From Longimicrobiales bacterium (GTDB lineage Bacteria > Gemmatimonadota > Gemmatimonadetes > Longimicrobiales > Gaopeijiaceae): 64,000 nt of DNA. Below are positions 48,117 through 57,446 of this stretch, in pieces. The notes under the pieces are model-generated. The model searched no databases, was not told where the DNA came from, and saw only the letters and a list, made by a program, of their open reading frames with translations. Every line of letters begins with the position of its first letter. Position 1 is the stretch's first letter. The position numbers and the translations under genes were made by a program. The stretch covers positions 1,536,001 to 1,600,000 of the forward strand of contig CBDFIQ010000002.1 of the NCBI GenBank assembly GCA_965248195.1, in the 5' to 3' direction.

Positions 48117-48168
48117 CCCTTTGGTCTCCCCCGTGGTCTCCGGGTATTGAGTCGATAGGTGTGCAAGG

Positions 48169-48216
48169 CCTCGGGCGGGGGCGTGATGGGATCTCCAGCC
48201 GGATCGCCGCCCGAGG
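48169..48216. terminator. GC-rich intergenic hairpin (possible terminator or mRNA stabiliser)
   Basis: 10-bp inverted repeat CCTCGGGCGG ... CCGCCCGAGG; no clear U tract. Confidence 0.35.
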
Positions 48217-48228
48217 AATCGGGACCCG

Positions 48229-49167
48229 CTACACTTGAATCGGCGTCTGGAAGCCTTCCGGCTTTAGGGTCAAGACTGAGCAGTCTACCGAATTCAGGAT
48301 CTCTTCGGCGGTGTTTCCGATGAGAAGCCCGGGGACCCCGGTACGCCCAACGGTGCCGATGACAACTAGATCCGCCTCGAGCCTCTCGGCGAGGTCTGGA
48401 ATGACGTCTCCGGCCCGACCCTTTACGAGGTGAACGGTTCTCTTGTCGTACGGGTAGGCATCCAGAAGGCGATCTAGCTCGGATTGGTGAGCGGCCTCGA
48501 TACCTCGAACGATCTCGTCGACATCCGTTGTGTCGATCTGCCGCCCCCTCAGCGCTGTCTCAGCCGCGAGCCGCCAAACATGCACGACGTGCAACTCACT
48601 CCCCTCATCCGTAGCCAGCGATGTAGCGAGCTCCATGATCTTCCTGGCCAGCGACTCCGTGTCCGGCTCGGTCGGGTCCAAGTCCACCGCCGCAAGAATT
48701 CTACGGAAGTGCGTTTCCGTCGACGGCTTTACGATCCACACCGGACACGGACACTTCCGCATCAGCTTCTGGTCGCCGGTGCCAAACAACCTCTTCCACT
48801 TCCCCGTATGTCCTTCGGCAGCTTTCATGACGAGATCGTGGTGATTGACGAGCACCGCCCGAATCACCGATAGAGCCATGGCGCCCGTTTCCACTGCCAC
48901 ATCGATGGTCAACTCGGGATGTTCTGAAATAGCCTCCTGGCGCAGGCTCTCGAGCTCCTCGCGGCGCTCCTCGAGGCGGACCTTGTTGATCGCCTCGACC
49001 GCGGAACGAGTCGCCTGGTCGTCGAACTGATAGTCCTCTGCATCGAGCGCAGCGAAGAGCGTGAGGTTCGCGCTATTGGCGCTGGCGAGCCTGAGTGCAC
49101 GTGCCAACACCGACTTGTCGCCCTCACTGCCGTTCGCCACAAAAAGGATGCTCTTGAACCGTCGCAC
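48229..49167 (-). CDS. Tandem-domain universal stress protein (UspE-like)
   Basis: FKSILF, HDLVMK, LMRKCPCPVWIVK, DLVVIGTVGRTG..GLLIGNTAEEIL; start set at GTG 49167. Confidence 0.92.
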   Translation of the reverse strand: MRRFKSILFVANGSEGDKSVLARALRLASANSANLTLFAALDAEDYQFDDQATRSAVEAINKVRLEERREELESLRQEAISEHPELTIDVAVETGAMALSVIRAVLVNHHDLVMKAAEGHTGKWKRLFGTGDQKLMRKCPCPVWIVKPSTETHFRRILAAVDLDPTEPDTESLARKIMELATSLATDEGSELHVVHVWRLAAETALRGRQIDTTDVDEIVRGIEAAHQSELDRLLDAYPYDKRTVHLVKGRAGDVIPDLAERLEADLVVIGTVGRTGVPGLLIGNTAEEILNSVDCSVLTLKPEGFQTPIQV

Positions 49168-49376
49168 TTGGCTATCCGCCTTTGAATGTAGAGTGTAGAC
49201 CCAGAAAAATGTCATGCCTGACCCACGAGGACAGGTATATATCGGGGCGAACGTGCGTGCGTCAAGCTGGCCCAGGAAGCAAGATCCTTTGGGTGGCGAT
49301 ACTTTTGGCTGCGTATCTGGTCTTCTACTTCCGACCACAGACCTGAGAGACTTCTGACCACAGACCTGAGGGCTCA

Positions 49377-50300
49377 ATGACCGTTCTGAGGTTGGGAACT
49401 CGGGGCTCGCTCCTCGCCCAGACCCAGAGCAAATGGGTCGCGGCCGAACTCGAGGCGAACGGCGGGCCCGAGGTCCCAATAGAGATCATCCGCACCGTAG
49501 GCGACGAGCGCCTCGATCTGCCGATTCACGAGATCAGCGGCCAAGGCCTCTTTACCCGGGAGCTCGACGAGGCGCTTCTGGGCGACCGTGTCCAGTTGGC
49601 GGTCCACTCATTGAAGGACCTTCCTACGCTCCTGCCCGAGGGCCTGTGTATCGCGGCCACGCCGGCGCGGCTCGATCCCCGGGACGTTCTCGTGGGGCCA
49701 GAGGGTGACCCAACCACGCTGGCCTCGCTGAAGCAGGACGCGGTGGTCGGTACCAGCTCACTTCGGCGGGTGGCCTTGCTGCGGGCGTTCCGGCAGGATG
49801 TGACGCCACGGACCATCCGTGGCAACGTCGATACGAGACTCCGGAAGCTCGATGAGGGAGAGTTCGACGCCATCATTTTGGCGGGAGCCGGGCTCACTCG
49901 CCTCGGGCTCGCGGGGCGGGCGAGCGAGTGGCTGGAGCGGACGTCCTGGCTGCCGGCCCCCGGACAGGGTGCCCTCGCCATCGTGACCAGGATCGAGGAC
50001 GCCGAAACCCGGCAGTTGGTCGGAGCCTTGAACGATCCGGATTCGTTCGCCGCGGTATCGGCGGAGCGCACGTTCCTCGAGGCCCTGGGTGGAGGGTGCC
50101 AAGTGCCGATCGGAGCCCTAGGCATTCCGTTCGACCAGAAGTTGCGCCTGTGGGGGTTGGTGGCCAGCCCCGACGGAAGGCGTGTCGTCCGGGGTGACCT
50201 CACCGGAAGCTTGGCCGATCCCCAGGTGCTCGGCCAGACGCTGGCGGACCTGCTTCGGGAGCGCGGAGCCGAAGCGATCTTGGCGGAGTTGGACGCATGA
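49377..50300 (+). CDS. hemC: Hydroxymethylbilane synthase
   Basis: [47 protein letters not shown]. Confidence 0.97.
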   Translation: MTVLRLGTRGSLLAQTQSKWVAAELEANGGPEVPIEIIRTVGDERLDLPIHEISGQGLFTRELDEALLGDRVQLAVHSLKDLPTLLPEGLCIAATPARLDPRDVLVGPEGDPTTLASLKQDAVVGTSSLRRVALLRAFRQDVTPRTIRGNVDTRLRKLDEGEFDAIILAGAGLTRLGLAGRASEWLERTSWLPAPGQGALAIVTRIEDAETRQLVGALNDPDSFAAVSAERTFLEALGGGCQVPIGALGIPFDQKLRLWGLVASPDGRRVVRGDLTGSLADPQVLGQTLADLLRERGAEAILAELDA

Positions 50301-50779
50301 CCCTTCCCAGCGGCCCTCGAATTCTATCGAGAGACACGCTCTTGGTGCGCTGGGGCTGGCCCCGCGACCGGACGGTGGTGTTCACCAACGGCTGCTTCGA
50401 CCTTCTCCACCCGGGGCACGTCGAGTACCTCGCTCAGGCGAGGGCCCTGGGGGATGCCCTCGTGGTCGGCCTGAACTCGGATGCCTCCGTGCGACGTCTG
50501 AACGGCGCCGGACGACCGCTGGTGCCCGAGGCCGGTCGGGCTGCCATGCTCGCCGGCTTGAGGAGCGTGGATGCCGTCACGCTGTTCGATGAAGACACGC
50601 CGCTGGAGCTGATCCGCGCCTTGCTCCCCGATGTGCTCGTCAAGGGAGGCGACTACGATCTGGACGGCATCGTCGGTCGGGACGCGGTCGAAAAGGCCGG
50701 CGGCGACGTTCGTGTGCTCCCCTTTGTGGAGGGCTACTCGACCACAGACATCCTGACTCGCTTGAAGCAGATCGAATGA
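50297..50779 (+). CDS. rfaE2: D-glycero-beta-D-manno-heptose 1-phosphate adenylyltransferase
   Basis: [37 protein letters not shown]. Confidence 0.95.
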   Translation: MTLPSGPRILSRDTLLVRWGWPRDRTVVFTNGCFDLLHPGHVEYLAQARALGDALVVGLNSDASVRRLNGAGRPLVPEAGRAAMLAGLRSVDAVTLFDEDTPLELIRALLPDVLVKGGDYDLDGIVGRDAVEKAGGDVRVLPFVEGYSTTDILTRLKQIE

Positions 50780-50850
50780 GAGGAGACGCGGTGCGAGGAG
50801 ACGCAGTGCGAGGACACGCGGTGAGAGGACACGCAGTGAGAGGAGACGCA
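50776..50850 (+). repeat. Five 15-bp tandem repeats inside a 31-codon mini-ORF (50776-50871)
   Basis: Unit RTG-MGA-GGA-SAC-GCR x5, encoding [25 protein letters not shown]. Confidence 0.9.
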
Positions 50851-50867
50851 TGGAGGTGGACCCAACC

Positions 50868-51581
50868 ATGAGCCGAGCCGACGGACGTTCGGCAGGGCAG
50901 CTCAGGGCCCTGAATCTCGTGTTCGATTCTGCGCCCTACGCTGAGGGTTCCTGCCTCATCAGTGCGGGGCAGACGCGGGTCTTATGCGCCGCATCCGTTC
51001 AGGAAGGCGTTCCAGCTTGGCGGGAAAAAAGCGGCGCCGGCTGGGTGACGGCGGAGTACAGTATGCTCCCCAGGTCGACATACACACGGTCGGCCCGCGA
51101 GCGGGGTAGGGTGGGCGGCCGGACGCAGGAGATCCAGAGGCTGATCGGTCGTTCGCTCCGTTCGGTGGTCGATCTAGACGCGTTGGGCCCCCGGACCGTC
51201 ATCGTGGACTGTGACGTGCTCCAGGCGGACGGAGGCACACGGACCGCTTCGGTCACCGGCGCTGCGGCCGCTCTCTGGATCGCGTTCGACGAGCTGGTGA
51301 AGGAAGGCACGATGGAGCGGAACCCGATGCGTGAGATGGTGGCCGCCGTGAGCGTGGGCATCGTGGACGGCGAGCCCGTGCTCGACCTCGACTACCCTGA
51401 GGACTCCACCGCACAGGTCGACATGAACGTCGTGGCAACCGAGGCGGGGCACTTCATCGAGGTGCAGGGCACGGCCGAAGGGCATCCCTTCAAGCGGGAC
51501 GAACTGGATGAGCTCCTCGGGCTCGCCGTCGAGGGGATCGCCACCCTGGTAAGGGCTCAGAAGGCCTCGCTCGGGATCTAG
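50868..51581 (+). CDS. rph: Ribonuclease PH
   Basis: [65 protein letters not shown]. Confidence 0.98.
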   Translation: MSRADGRSAGQLRALNLVFDSAPYAEGSCLISAGQTRVLCAASVQEGVPAWREKSGAGWVTAEYSMLPRSTYTRSARERGRVGGRTQEIQRLIGRSLRSVVDLDALGPRTVIVDCDVLQADGGTRTASVTGAAAALWIAFDELVKEGTMERNPMREMVAAVSVGIVDGEPVLDLDYPEDSTAQVDMNVVATEAGHFIEVQGTAEGHPFKRDELDELLGLAVEGIATLVRAQKASLGI

Positions 51582-51583
51582 TC

Positions 51584-52216
51584 ATGGACCTCGTGTTGGC
51601 GACGCGGAGCACGCACAAGATAAGGGAAATCCGGAGGATCCTCGTAAGGGTTCCGGACCTTCGGGTACTGGATCTGACAGAGGTCGGTGTTCGTTACGAC
51701 GCCGCCGAGGAGGATCTGGAGCCCTACGATACGTTCGAAGAAAACGCCACATCGAAGGCCTCCTATTTTCAGGGGATCACCGGGTTAGCCACGGTGGCCG
51801 ACGATTCCGGAATCGAGATCGACCTCCTGGGCGGCGCTCCTGGAGTCCGATCCAAGCGATTCGCTCCGGACCAAGGCCTTGCCGACCTCGCACTGGATCG
51901 GGCCAACAACGAACATCTTCTCGCGTCCCTCGGCGACGCCCCGCTCGCGGAGCGGACCGGGCGTTACGTCTGCGTCGCGGTCCTGAACCGAGGAGAACCG
52001 GACGACGTGACGGTCGCGCGAGGGGAGGCTCGCGGCCTGATCCTGAATGTGCCCCAGGGCTCAGGCGGTTTTGGCTACGATCCACTTTTTTTCGACGAGG
52101 AGCTGGGAAAAACGTTCGCCGAGATCACTCCGGAAGAAAAGAACACCCGAAGTCACCGGGGCAAGGCATTCCGGGCGCTGGCTGCGCGGCTGGTCTCGGC
52201 TCCACAGCGTTCATGA
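51584..52216 (+). CDS. rdgB: Non-canonical purine NTP pyrophosphatase (RdgB/HAM1)
   Basis: TFEENA, ADDSG, APGVRS, GFGYDPLF, KNTRSHRGKA. Confidence 0.95.
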   Translation: MDLVLATRSTHKIREIRRILVRVPDLRVLDLTEVGVRYDAAEEDLEPYDTFEENATSKASYFQGITGLATVADDSGIEIDLLGGAPGVRSKRFAPDQGLADLALDRANNEHLLASLGDAPLAERTGRYVCVAVLNRGEPDDVTVARGEARGLILNVPQGSGGFGYDPLFFDEELGKTFAEITPEEKNTRSHRGKAFRALAARLVSAPQRS

Positions 52217-52241
52217 ACGCTAAACTTTTCTGACCAGTCCC

Positions 52242-52598
52242 ATGCAGACTCCTGCGACGACCCCACGTGACATCAACCCCACCGAGGATGGCGCCGCGCT
52301 CCGGATTGTGTGGGAGGACGGACACGAGTCGATTTACCTCCCCTTTGATCTCCGGATGTCGTGTCCGTGCGCGGGCTGTGTGGATGAAACTTCGGGCCGG
52401 CGCACACTCACTGAAGCGATGGTACCGCCAGGCATCTATCCCACGGCCATCCATTACGTGGGGCGGTATGCGCTCAAGTTCGTGTGGAGCGACGGGCACG
52501 ACACCGGGCTTTACTCGTACGAGCTCTTGCGTGGCCTATGTGGTTGTGCCAAGTGTTCGGTGCCCGCGGACAACTCCATGCCTCAGGAGGGTCAGTGA
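52242..52598 (+). CDS. DUF971 / GBBH-like N-terminal domain protein
   Basis: WEDGHES, LRMSCPCAGC, VGRYAL..WSDGHDTGLY. Confidence 0.88.
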   Translation: MQTPATTPRDINPTEDGAALRIVWEDGHESIYLPFDLRMSCPCAGCVDETSGRRTLTEAMVPPGIYPTAIHYVGRYALKFVWSDGHDTGLYSYELLRGLCGCAKCSVPADNSMPQEGQ

Positions 52599-53581
52599 TC
52601 ATCGTCACCGGCGGTGCCGGCTTCATCGGATCGAATCTGGTCGCGGAGCTCGAGGGCGGGGGCGAAAAAGGCCTGGTGGTCTGCGACCGTCTGCTTAAAG
52701 CCGACAAGTGGAAAAACATCAGTAAGCGCCACCCGGCGGCCCTCGTGTTTCCCGAGCAGCTCCCCGACTTCCTCGAGCGGAACGCGTCGGAGATCCGGGC
52801 GATCTTCCACATGGGCGCGATCTCTTCGACGACCGAGACCGACGTGGATCTGATCGTCGCGACGAATGTGCACCTGTCGACGGATCTGTGGCGGTGGTGT
52901 GCACAGAATAAAGTTCCGTTCATCTACGCCTCTTCCGCTGCCACGTACGGCGACGGCTCGAAGGGCTTCGCCGACGACGGGTCGGTCGCCGGGCTCTCGC
53001 GCCTCCACCCCACGACTCCCTACGGGTGGAGCAAGCACCTCTTCGATCGCATGGTCGCGCGGTGGGTGGAGGAAGGGGCCGCGGCTCCACCACAGTGGGT
53101 GGGCCTCAAATTCTTCAACGTCTACGGCCCTCACGAGTACCATAAAGACCACATGCAGAGCCTGGCGGCAAAAACGTTTTCGGTGGCAGCGGCCGGCGAC
53201 CCGGTGACGCTCTTCCGCTCGCACGACCCCAATTATGCAGACGGCGGGCAGATGCGGGACTTCACGTATGTTCAGGATTGCGTCTCCGTGATGCTCTGGC
53301 TCCTCGACCACCCGGAGGTCTCCGGGCTTTTTAATCTCGGCACGGGCAAGGCACGCACGTTTTTGGATCTGATCGGGAGCGTGTTCGCCGCGCTGGACAT
53401 GGAGCCCTCCATCAAGTGGGTCGATACGCCACCCGAGATCCGGAAGCGATACCAGTACTTCACGCAAGCCGAGATGGGTCGCCTGAGGGAAGCCGGCTAT
53501 CACACGGAGTTCATGTCCGTCGAGGACGGGGTCGGAGCGTACGTGAGGTTATTCTTGGCGACGGACGACCCTTACCGGTAG
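52595..53581 (+). CDS. hldD: ADP-L-glycero-D-manno-heptose 6-epimerase
   Basis: GTG 52595 after AGGAGG; IIVTGGAGFIGSNL, HMGAISSTT, YASSAATYG, YGWSK, FFNVYGP, YQYFTQA. Confidence 0.95.
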   Translation: MIIVTGGAGFIGSNLVAELEGGGEKGLVVCDRLLKADKWKNISKRHPAALVFPEQLPDFLERNASEIRAIFHMGAISSTTETDVDLIVATNVHLSTDLWRWCAQNKVPFIYASSAATYGDGSKGFADDGSVAGLSRLHPTTPYGWSKHLFDRMVARWVEEGAAAPPQWVGLKFFNVYGPHEYHKDHMQSLAAKTFSVAAAGDPVTLFRSHDPNYADGGQMRDFTYVQDCVSVMLWLLDHPEVSGLFNLGTGKARTFLDLIGSVFAALDMEPSIKWVDTPPEIRKRYQYFTQAEMGRLREAGYHTEFMSVEDGVGAYVRLFLATDDPYR

Positions 53582-53603
53582 CGGACCGTATCCCGTTCGC
53601 CCG

Positions 53604-55253
53604 TCACAAGGCCGTTGAGGAGGTAAAGTGCCTTCTAGGGCTCCTCCGCGGGACCCACCCCCAGCTCTCGAGCCTGCCCGAGAAGTCGAGCGTCTTCCGG
53701 AAAACGGAGAGACCTTCTTGGACCGCCTCCCGGGCGCGGTCCGGCTGATCGAGTTGGATATGACTTTGCGTGAGATAGACGTCACGGGCCGGATCGGCCG
53801 GGGGTAAGCCGGAGACGAGCGCCACTGCCTCCTCCGATCGGCCAGCCAGCAGGAGTCCACGTACGAAGTCGAGCTGAAGGCGTAGCTCGTTCGGGTTGAG
53901 GTCCACGGCCTGACTCAGCCACTCGAGACCCCGGGTTTGCTCTCCAGCGTCGATGAGCCGCATGCCCATCCACCACTGAGCTCGGAAGGACTCGGGGTGC
54001 TCCTCGGCGAGCGTCATGAAGACGGCTTCCGTGTCGCGCCAAGCCGCGTTCCTCGTCCACGTTCGAGCACCGCCGAGGAGCACGAGGAGCGTCGCCGCGC
54101 CGACCGCACTCCATCGTAGTCGGGCGGGTGGTTCGCGTAGGAAACCCACGGCATACTGTCCAAGGCCCACCGCAAGCAAGGATACGCCCACCGACGGAAG
54201 ATAGAGCGTGCGTTCCGCCACCCAGACGCCGACCGGGAATATGACGTTCCCCACGACGGCGACGGAGAGTACGACCCACAGGACCCCCAGCGTTATCCAC
54301 GGCGAGCGCCGGAGGCTCGAGACCGCCAGCGCCCCCACAGCCAGGAGTACCCCGCCCCCCACCCAGAAGCGGAGCGCTCCGATGCTCGTCGGAAGGATGA
54401 CCCCGGGCCCGTAGTCGGCAACGAGATCGGCGGGAAACAGCAAGAGCCGCGTCAACTCGGTGATGTTGGCCACGGCCGTGCTCATCCTGAGCCAAAGCGG
54501 CAAGATCACGATGTAGGGCGCCGCGTCGCGCTGCAAGAGCGTACCGAGCACCTGGTAGCGAACCGCCAGGTACAGCACGAGAACTCCGGCGAGCGCCGCG
54601 AACACAGGCAGCTGGCTGGCCCATCCCGTGCGTCGCGCCCGCTCGGGGAAGAGAAGCGAGAGGACCACCAGCAGGGCGGGGAGCACCGCCCCGTTCTCCT
54701 TCGAAGCGAGCGCCATCGCATAGGCGAGCGAGACGAGCCCAACGCGGGCCCACTCCGAACGAAAGCCGCGCAGGTAGGCCAGGGCCCCGAGCAGCACGAA
54801 CAGAGCCATCAAGGCGTCGCCTCGCCCCACCGAGTTGGCCACGGCCTCCACGTGGACCGGATGCACCGCGAAAACGGCACCTCCCAGGAGCGCGAGGAGC
54901 GGTGTGGCACCGAGCGTCGTCAGAAGGATCGTGACCAACGCGGTGTTCGCGCCGTGAAGCGCCACGTTGAAGGCATGAAAGGGAACGGGGCTTCCCGATC
55001 CTATGCTCCAGTTGAGCGCGTACGTCAGCGACGTTACCGGCCGATACGGGGAACGCCCCGGCGGCACCCGTCCCCGGTACGGCGAAGTGAGGATTTCGGC
55101 CGTATTGGCCAGGCCGTGGACCGTCGTGTTCTCGACGATGTCGCCGGTGTCGTCGAGAGCGAAGCCGTTGCCGAGTGAGGGGAGGTAGACGACAAGCGCC
55201 AACACCACCGCTACCGCGGCGGCGCTCAGCGGCGACATGCCGATCCTACTCAT
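53604..55253 (-). CDS. TMTC-like GT-C membrane glycosyltransferase with TPRs
   Basis: FALDD, YRPVT, AVHPVHVEAVA, SKENG, AERTLYLPS, TWTRNAAW, C-terminal TPR-like helices. Confidence 0.8.
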   Translation of the reverse strand: MSRIGMSPLSAAAVAVVLALVVYLPSLGNGFALDDTGDIVENTTVHGLANTAEILTSPYRGRVPPGRSPYRPVTSLTYALNWSIGSGSPVPFHAFNVALHGANTALVTILLTTLGATPLLALLGGAVFAVHPVHVEAVANSVGRGDALMALFVLLGALAYLRGFRSEWARVGLVSLAYAMALASKENGAVLPALLVVLSLLFPERARRTGWASQLPVFAALAGVLVLYLAVRYQVLGTLLQRDAAPYIVILPLWLRMSTAVANITELTRLLLFPADLVADYGPGVILPTSIGALRFWVGGGVLLAVGALAVSSLRRSPWITLGVLWVVLSVAVVGNVIFPVGVWVAERTLYLPSVGVSLLAVGLGQYAVGFLREPPARLRWSAVGAATLLVLLGGARTWTRNAAWRDTEAVFMTLAEEHPESFRAQWWMGMRLIDAGEQTRGLEWLSQAVDLNPNELRLQLDFVRGLLLAGRSEEAVALVSGLPPADPARDVYLTQSHIQLDQPDRAREAVQEGLSVFRKTLDFSGRLESWGWVPRRSPRRHFTSSTAL

Positions 55254-55536
55254 CGTATGCTCCCTTCGGTCGGCCCTCTTCGAGGGTCTCGGCGGGTGAT
55301 CCCGAATGTGGATGTCACCCATGCGATCACATGACTCGGGGGAATCTCACCCGGGATCTTCAATCATCGCTGAGGGACGTGCACGGGGGCAATCATTTTG
55401 GGAGGTGGGGATCCTGCGAGGATCCGGGACACCAGAGAGAGATGTGCACTGTCCGCCCGTGCTTCGCTCCATACATTCAGCGCCGACCCGGCATCACCTC
55501 GATCGAACCCTCGGCCACACCCAGGAGGCTGCGCTC

Positions 55537-56661
55537 ATGACCGACTCCTCTCGCCGCGACTTCTTACGGACCCTGGCTGTGGCAACGGCCGCAGCGGTGC
55601 GGCCTCGGCTGGCCCTCGCACAGGAAGTTGGAGTGCGAACGATCGCAGGGACGGGGGTGGCCGGTTACGAGCCGGAGGGTTCGGGCGGCCTGGTGGCCGC
55701 GCGGACACCGGTGAACAATCCGTATGGTATCGTGGTCGGCCCCGACGGTGCCCTCTATTTTTGTGAGGTCGATACCGGGCGGACCCGGAGGATGGATTTG
55801 GGGACCGGGCGGCTCACCACCGTTTCCGGGAACGGCGAGGCCGCGTACTCGGGGAACGGGGGGCCTGCGATCTCTGCATCCTTTTCGGCGCCGCACGAGA
55901 TCCGGTTCGACCGCGACGGCCACCTTTTCGTGGTGGAGCGCGATGCACACGTAGTGCGTCGGGTAGACGCACAAACAGGACTCGTGTCTACCGTGGCCGG
56001 GACGGGCGAGGCTGGATTTTCGGGAGATGGCGGGCCGGCCGTGGATGCCCAGTTGCGCCAGCCGCACAGCATCGCCTTTGTCGCGAACGGTGACCTGCTC
56101 ATCTGCGATATCGGCAACGGACGGGTCCGTCAGGTGGACGTGCGCACCGGTACGATCTCGACGCTCTCCGGCACCGGGGAACGCCAGCCGACCCCGGACA
56201 CCGGCCCGCTCGCCGGCACACCGCTCAGGGGGCCGCGCTCGCTCGACACCGACAGCGAGGGCAACGCATACCTCGTGCTGCGCGAGGGCAACGCCGTGTT
56301 CCGGCTCGACACCGGGGCCGGACGGCTCCAGCGCATCGCCGGCACCGGCGAGAGGGGCTTCACGGGGGACGGAGGTCCGGGATCGACGGCGACCTTCAAC
56401 GGACCCAAGGGGATCGCCTACTCGGCTTCCGATCATAGTCTTTACATCGTGGATACAGAGAACCATACGATCCGGCGTCTGAGTCTGGCCACGGGGCTTA
56501 TCGAGACGGTCCTGGGCACCGGCGAGCGCGGCGACGGCCCGGATGGTGATCCCATGCAGTGCCGACTGGCTCGGCCGCACGGGGTGTTTGCGCACGAGGG
56601 CGTGGTGTATGTGACGGACAGCGAGAATCATCGCGTCCGGGCGCTGGAGGGAGTTCTCTGA
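55537..56661 (+). CDS. Tat-exported NHL-repeat (teneurin-like) propeller protein
   Basis: AGGAGG SD, SRRDFL twin-arginine signal, repeated AGTG..GFSGDGGPA..P motifs. Confidence 0.88.
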   Translation: MTDSSRRDFLRTLAVATAAAVRPRLALAQEVGVRTIAGTGVAGYEPEGSGGLVAARTPVNNPYGIVVGPDGALYFCEVDTGRTRRMDLGTGRLTTVSGNGEAAYSGNGGPAISASFSAPHEIRFDRDGHLFVVERDAHVVRRVDAQTGLVSTVAGTGEAGFSGDGGPAVDAQLRQPHSIAFVANGDLLICDIGNGRVRQVDVRTGTISTLSGTGERQPTPDTGPLAGTPLRGPRSLDTDSEGNAYLVLREGNAVFRLDTGAGRLQRIAGTGERGFTGDGGPGSTATFNGPKGIAYSASDHSLYIVDTENHTIRRLSLATGLIETVLGTGERGDGPDGDPMQCRLARPHGVFAHEGVVYVTDSENHRVRALEGVL

Positions 56662-56721
56662 GGGTTCTCTGAAGTAGTCTCGTCGCCCGCCTGAAGGCTG
56701 TCCGTGAAGTAGCTCTCCGGC

Positions 56722-56750
56722 TTGCACGTAGCCTGATGGAGCCCTAGAGT
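56722..56750 (+). promoter_or_regulatory. Candidate sigma70 promoter of the HTH gene
   Basis: TTGCAC-N17-TAGAGT about 100 nt upstream of GTG 56850. Confidence 0.45.
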
Positions 56751-56849
56751 AGCTGCCCCCCCCCAAGAAACCGAGGCGGCCCCGCCCAGCTCGGAGAATT
56801 CCGTTGTCAGAGCCAAGAGGGACTGTCAGCTCGTCCAGGGGGGCTGTCT

Positions 56850-57152
56850 GTGAACTGGTCCAGGGAGCTCCACACGCACATCCGGAGGAGGATTGAGCTC
56901 GGCCTGGGCGATCGCTCATGGAGCTGGTTGTCACGGGCCACAGGCGTGCCGCAGTCGACGCTGGCGTCGCAAGCCGCGAAGCCGAAGTTCAGCCTCCACG
57001 TCCTTCTCCGAGTGGCTTCGGCACTCGAAAGAGATGTGAACTACTTCCTGCCCGATGCGATGCGCCCAGACCCCGGGGGGGGCGCCGCCGAGGATGCGAT
57101 CGATCGGATCGCGGACATCATCTCGCGCGCTCGGCATGGAGGTCCGCGCTAG
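56850..57152 (+). CDS. XRE-family HTH transcriptional regulator
   Basis: SWSWLSRATGVPQSTLAS...SLHVLLRVASALERDVNYFL. Confidence 0.8.
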   Translation: MNWSRELHTHIRRRIELGLGDRSWSWLSRATGVPQSTLASQAAKPKFSLHVLLRVASALERDVNYFLPDAMRPDPGGGAAEDAIDRIADIISRARHGGPR

Positions 57153-57446
57153 CGCGACCGCGTTCGATTATCGGGTGTTCGGTACCTCCTTGCCCGCCGA
57201 TGATCTGCGCCCCAGGCTGAATATAGCTCCCCCCGCGACTCGCATGCCACAGGTTCTGATGAGGATTCCGACGCCGGGGGGCGCTGTGCCATCCTCCCGT
57301 ACTGACTCCTATGCCGCCGCGGCGGCAATCCTGATCCAGTGACCGTCGTTTCGTCCTCTATGGGCTCAAACGCTAGGCCAGTGGCGAGTCCTGCTCCGTA
57401 CCGAACACAAGAACGCCCCCCCCATAACATGAACCGGAGAAACACA

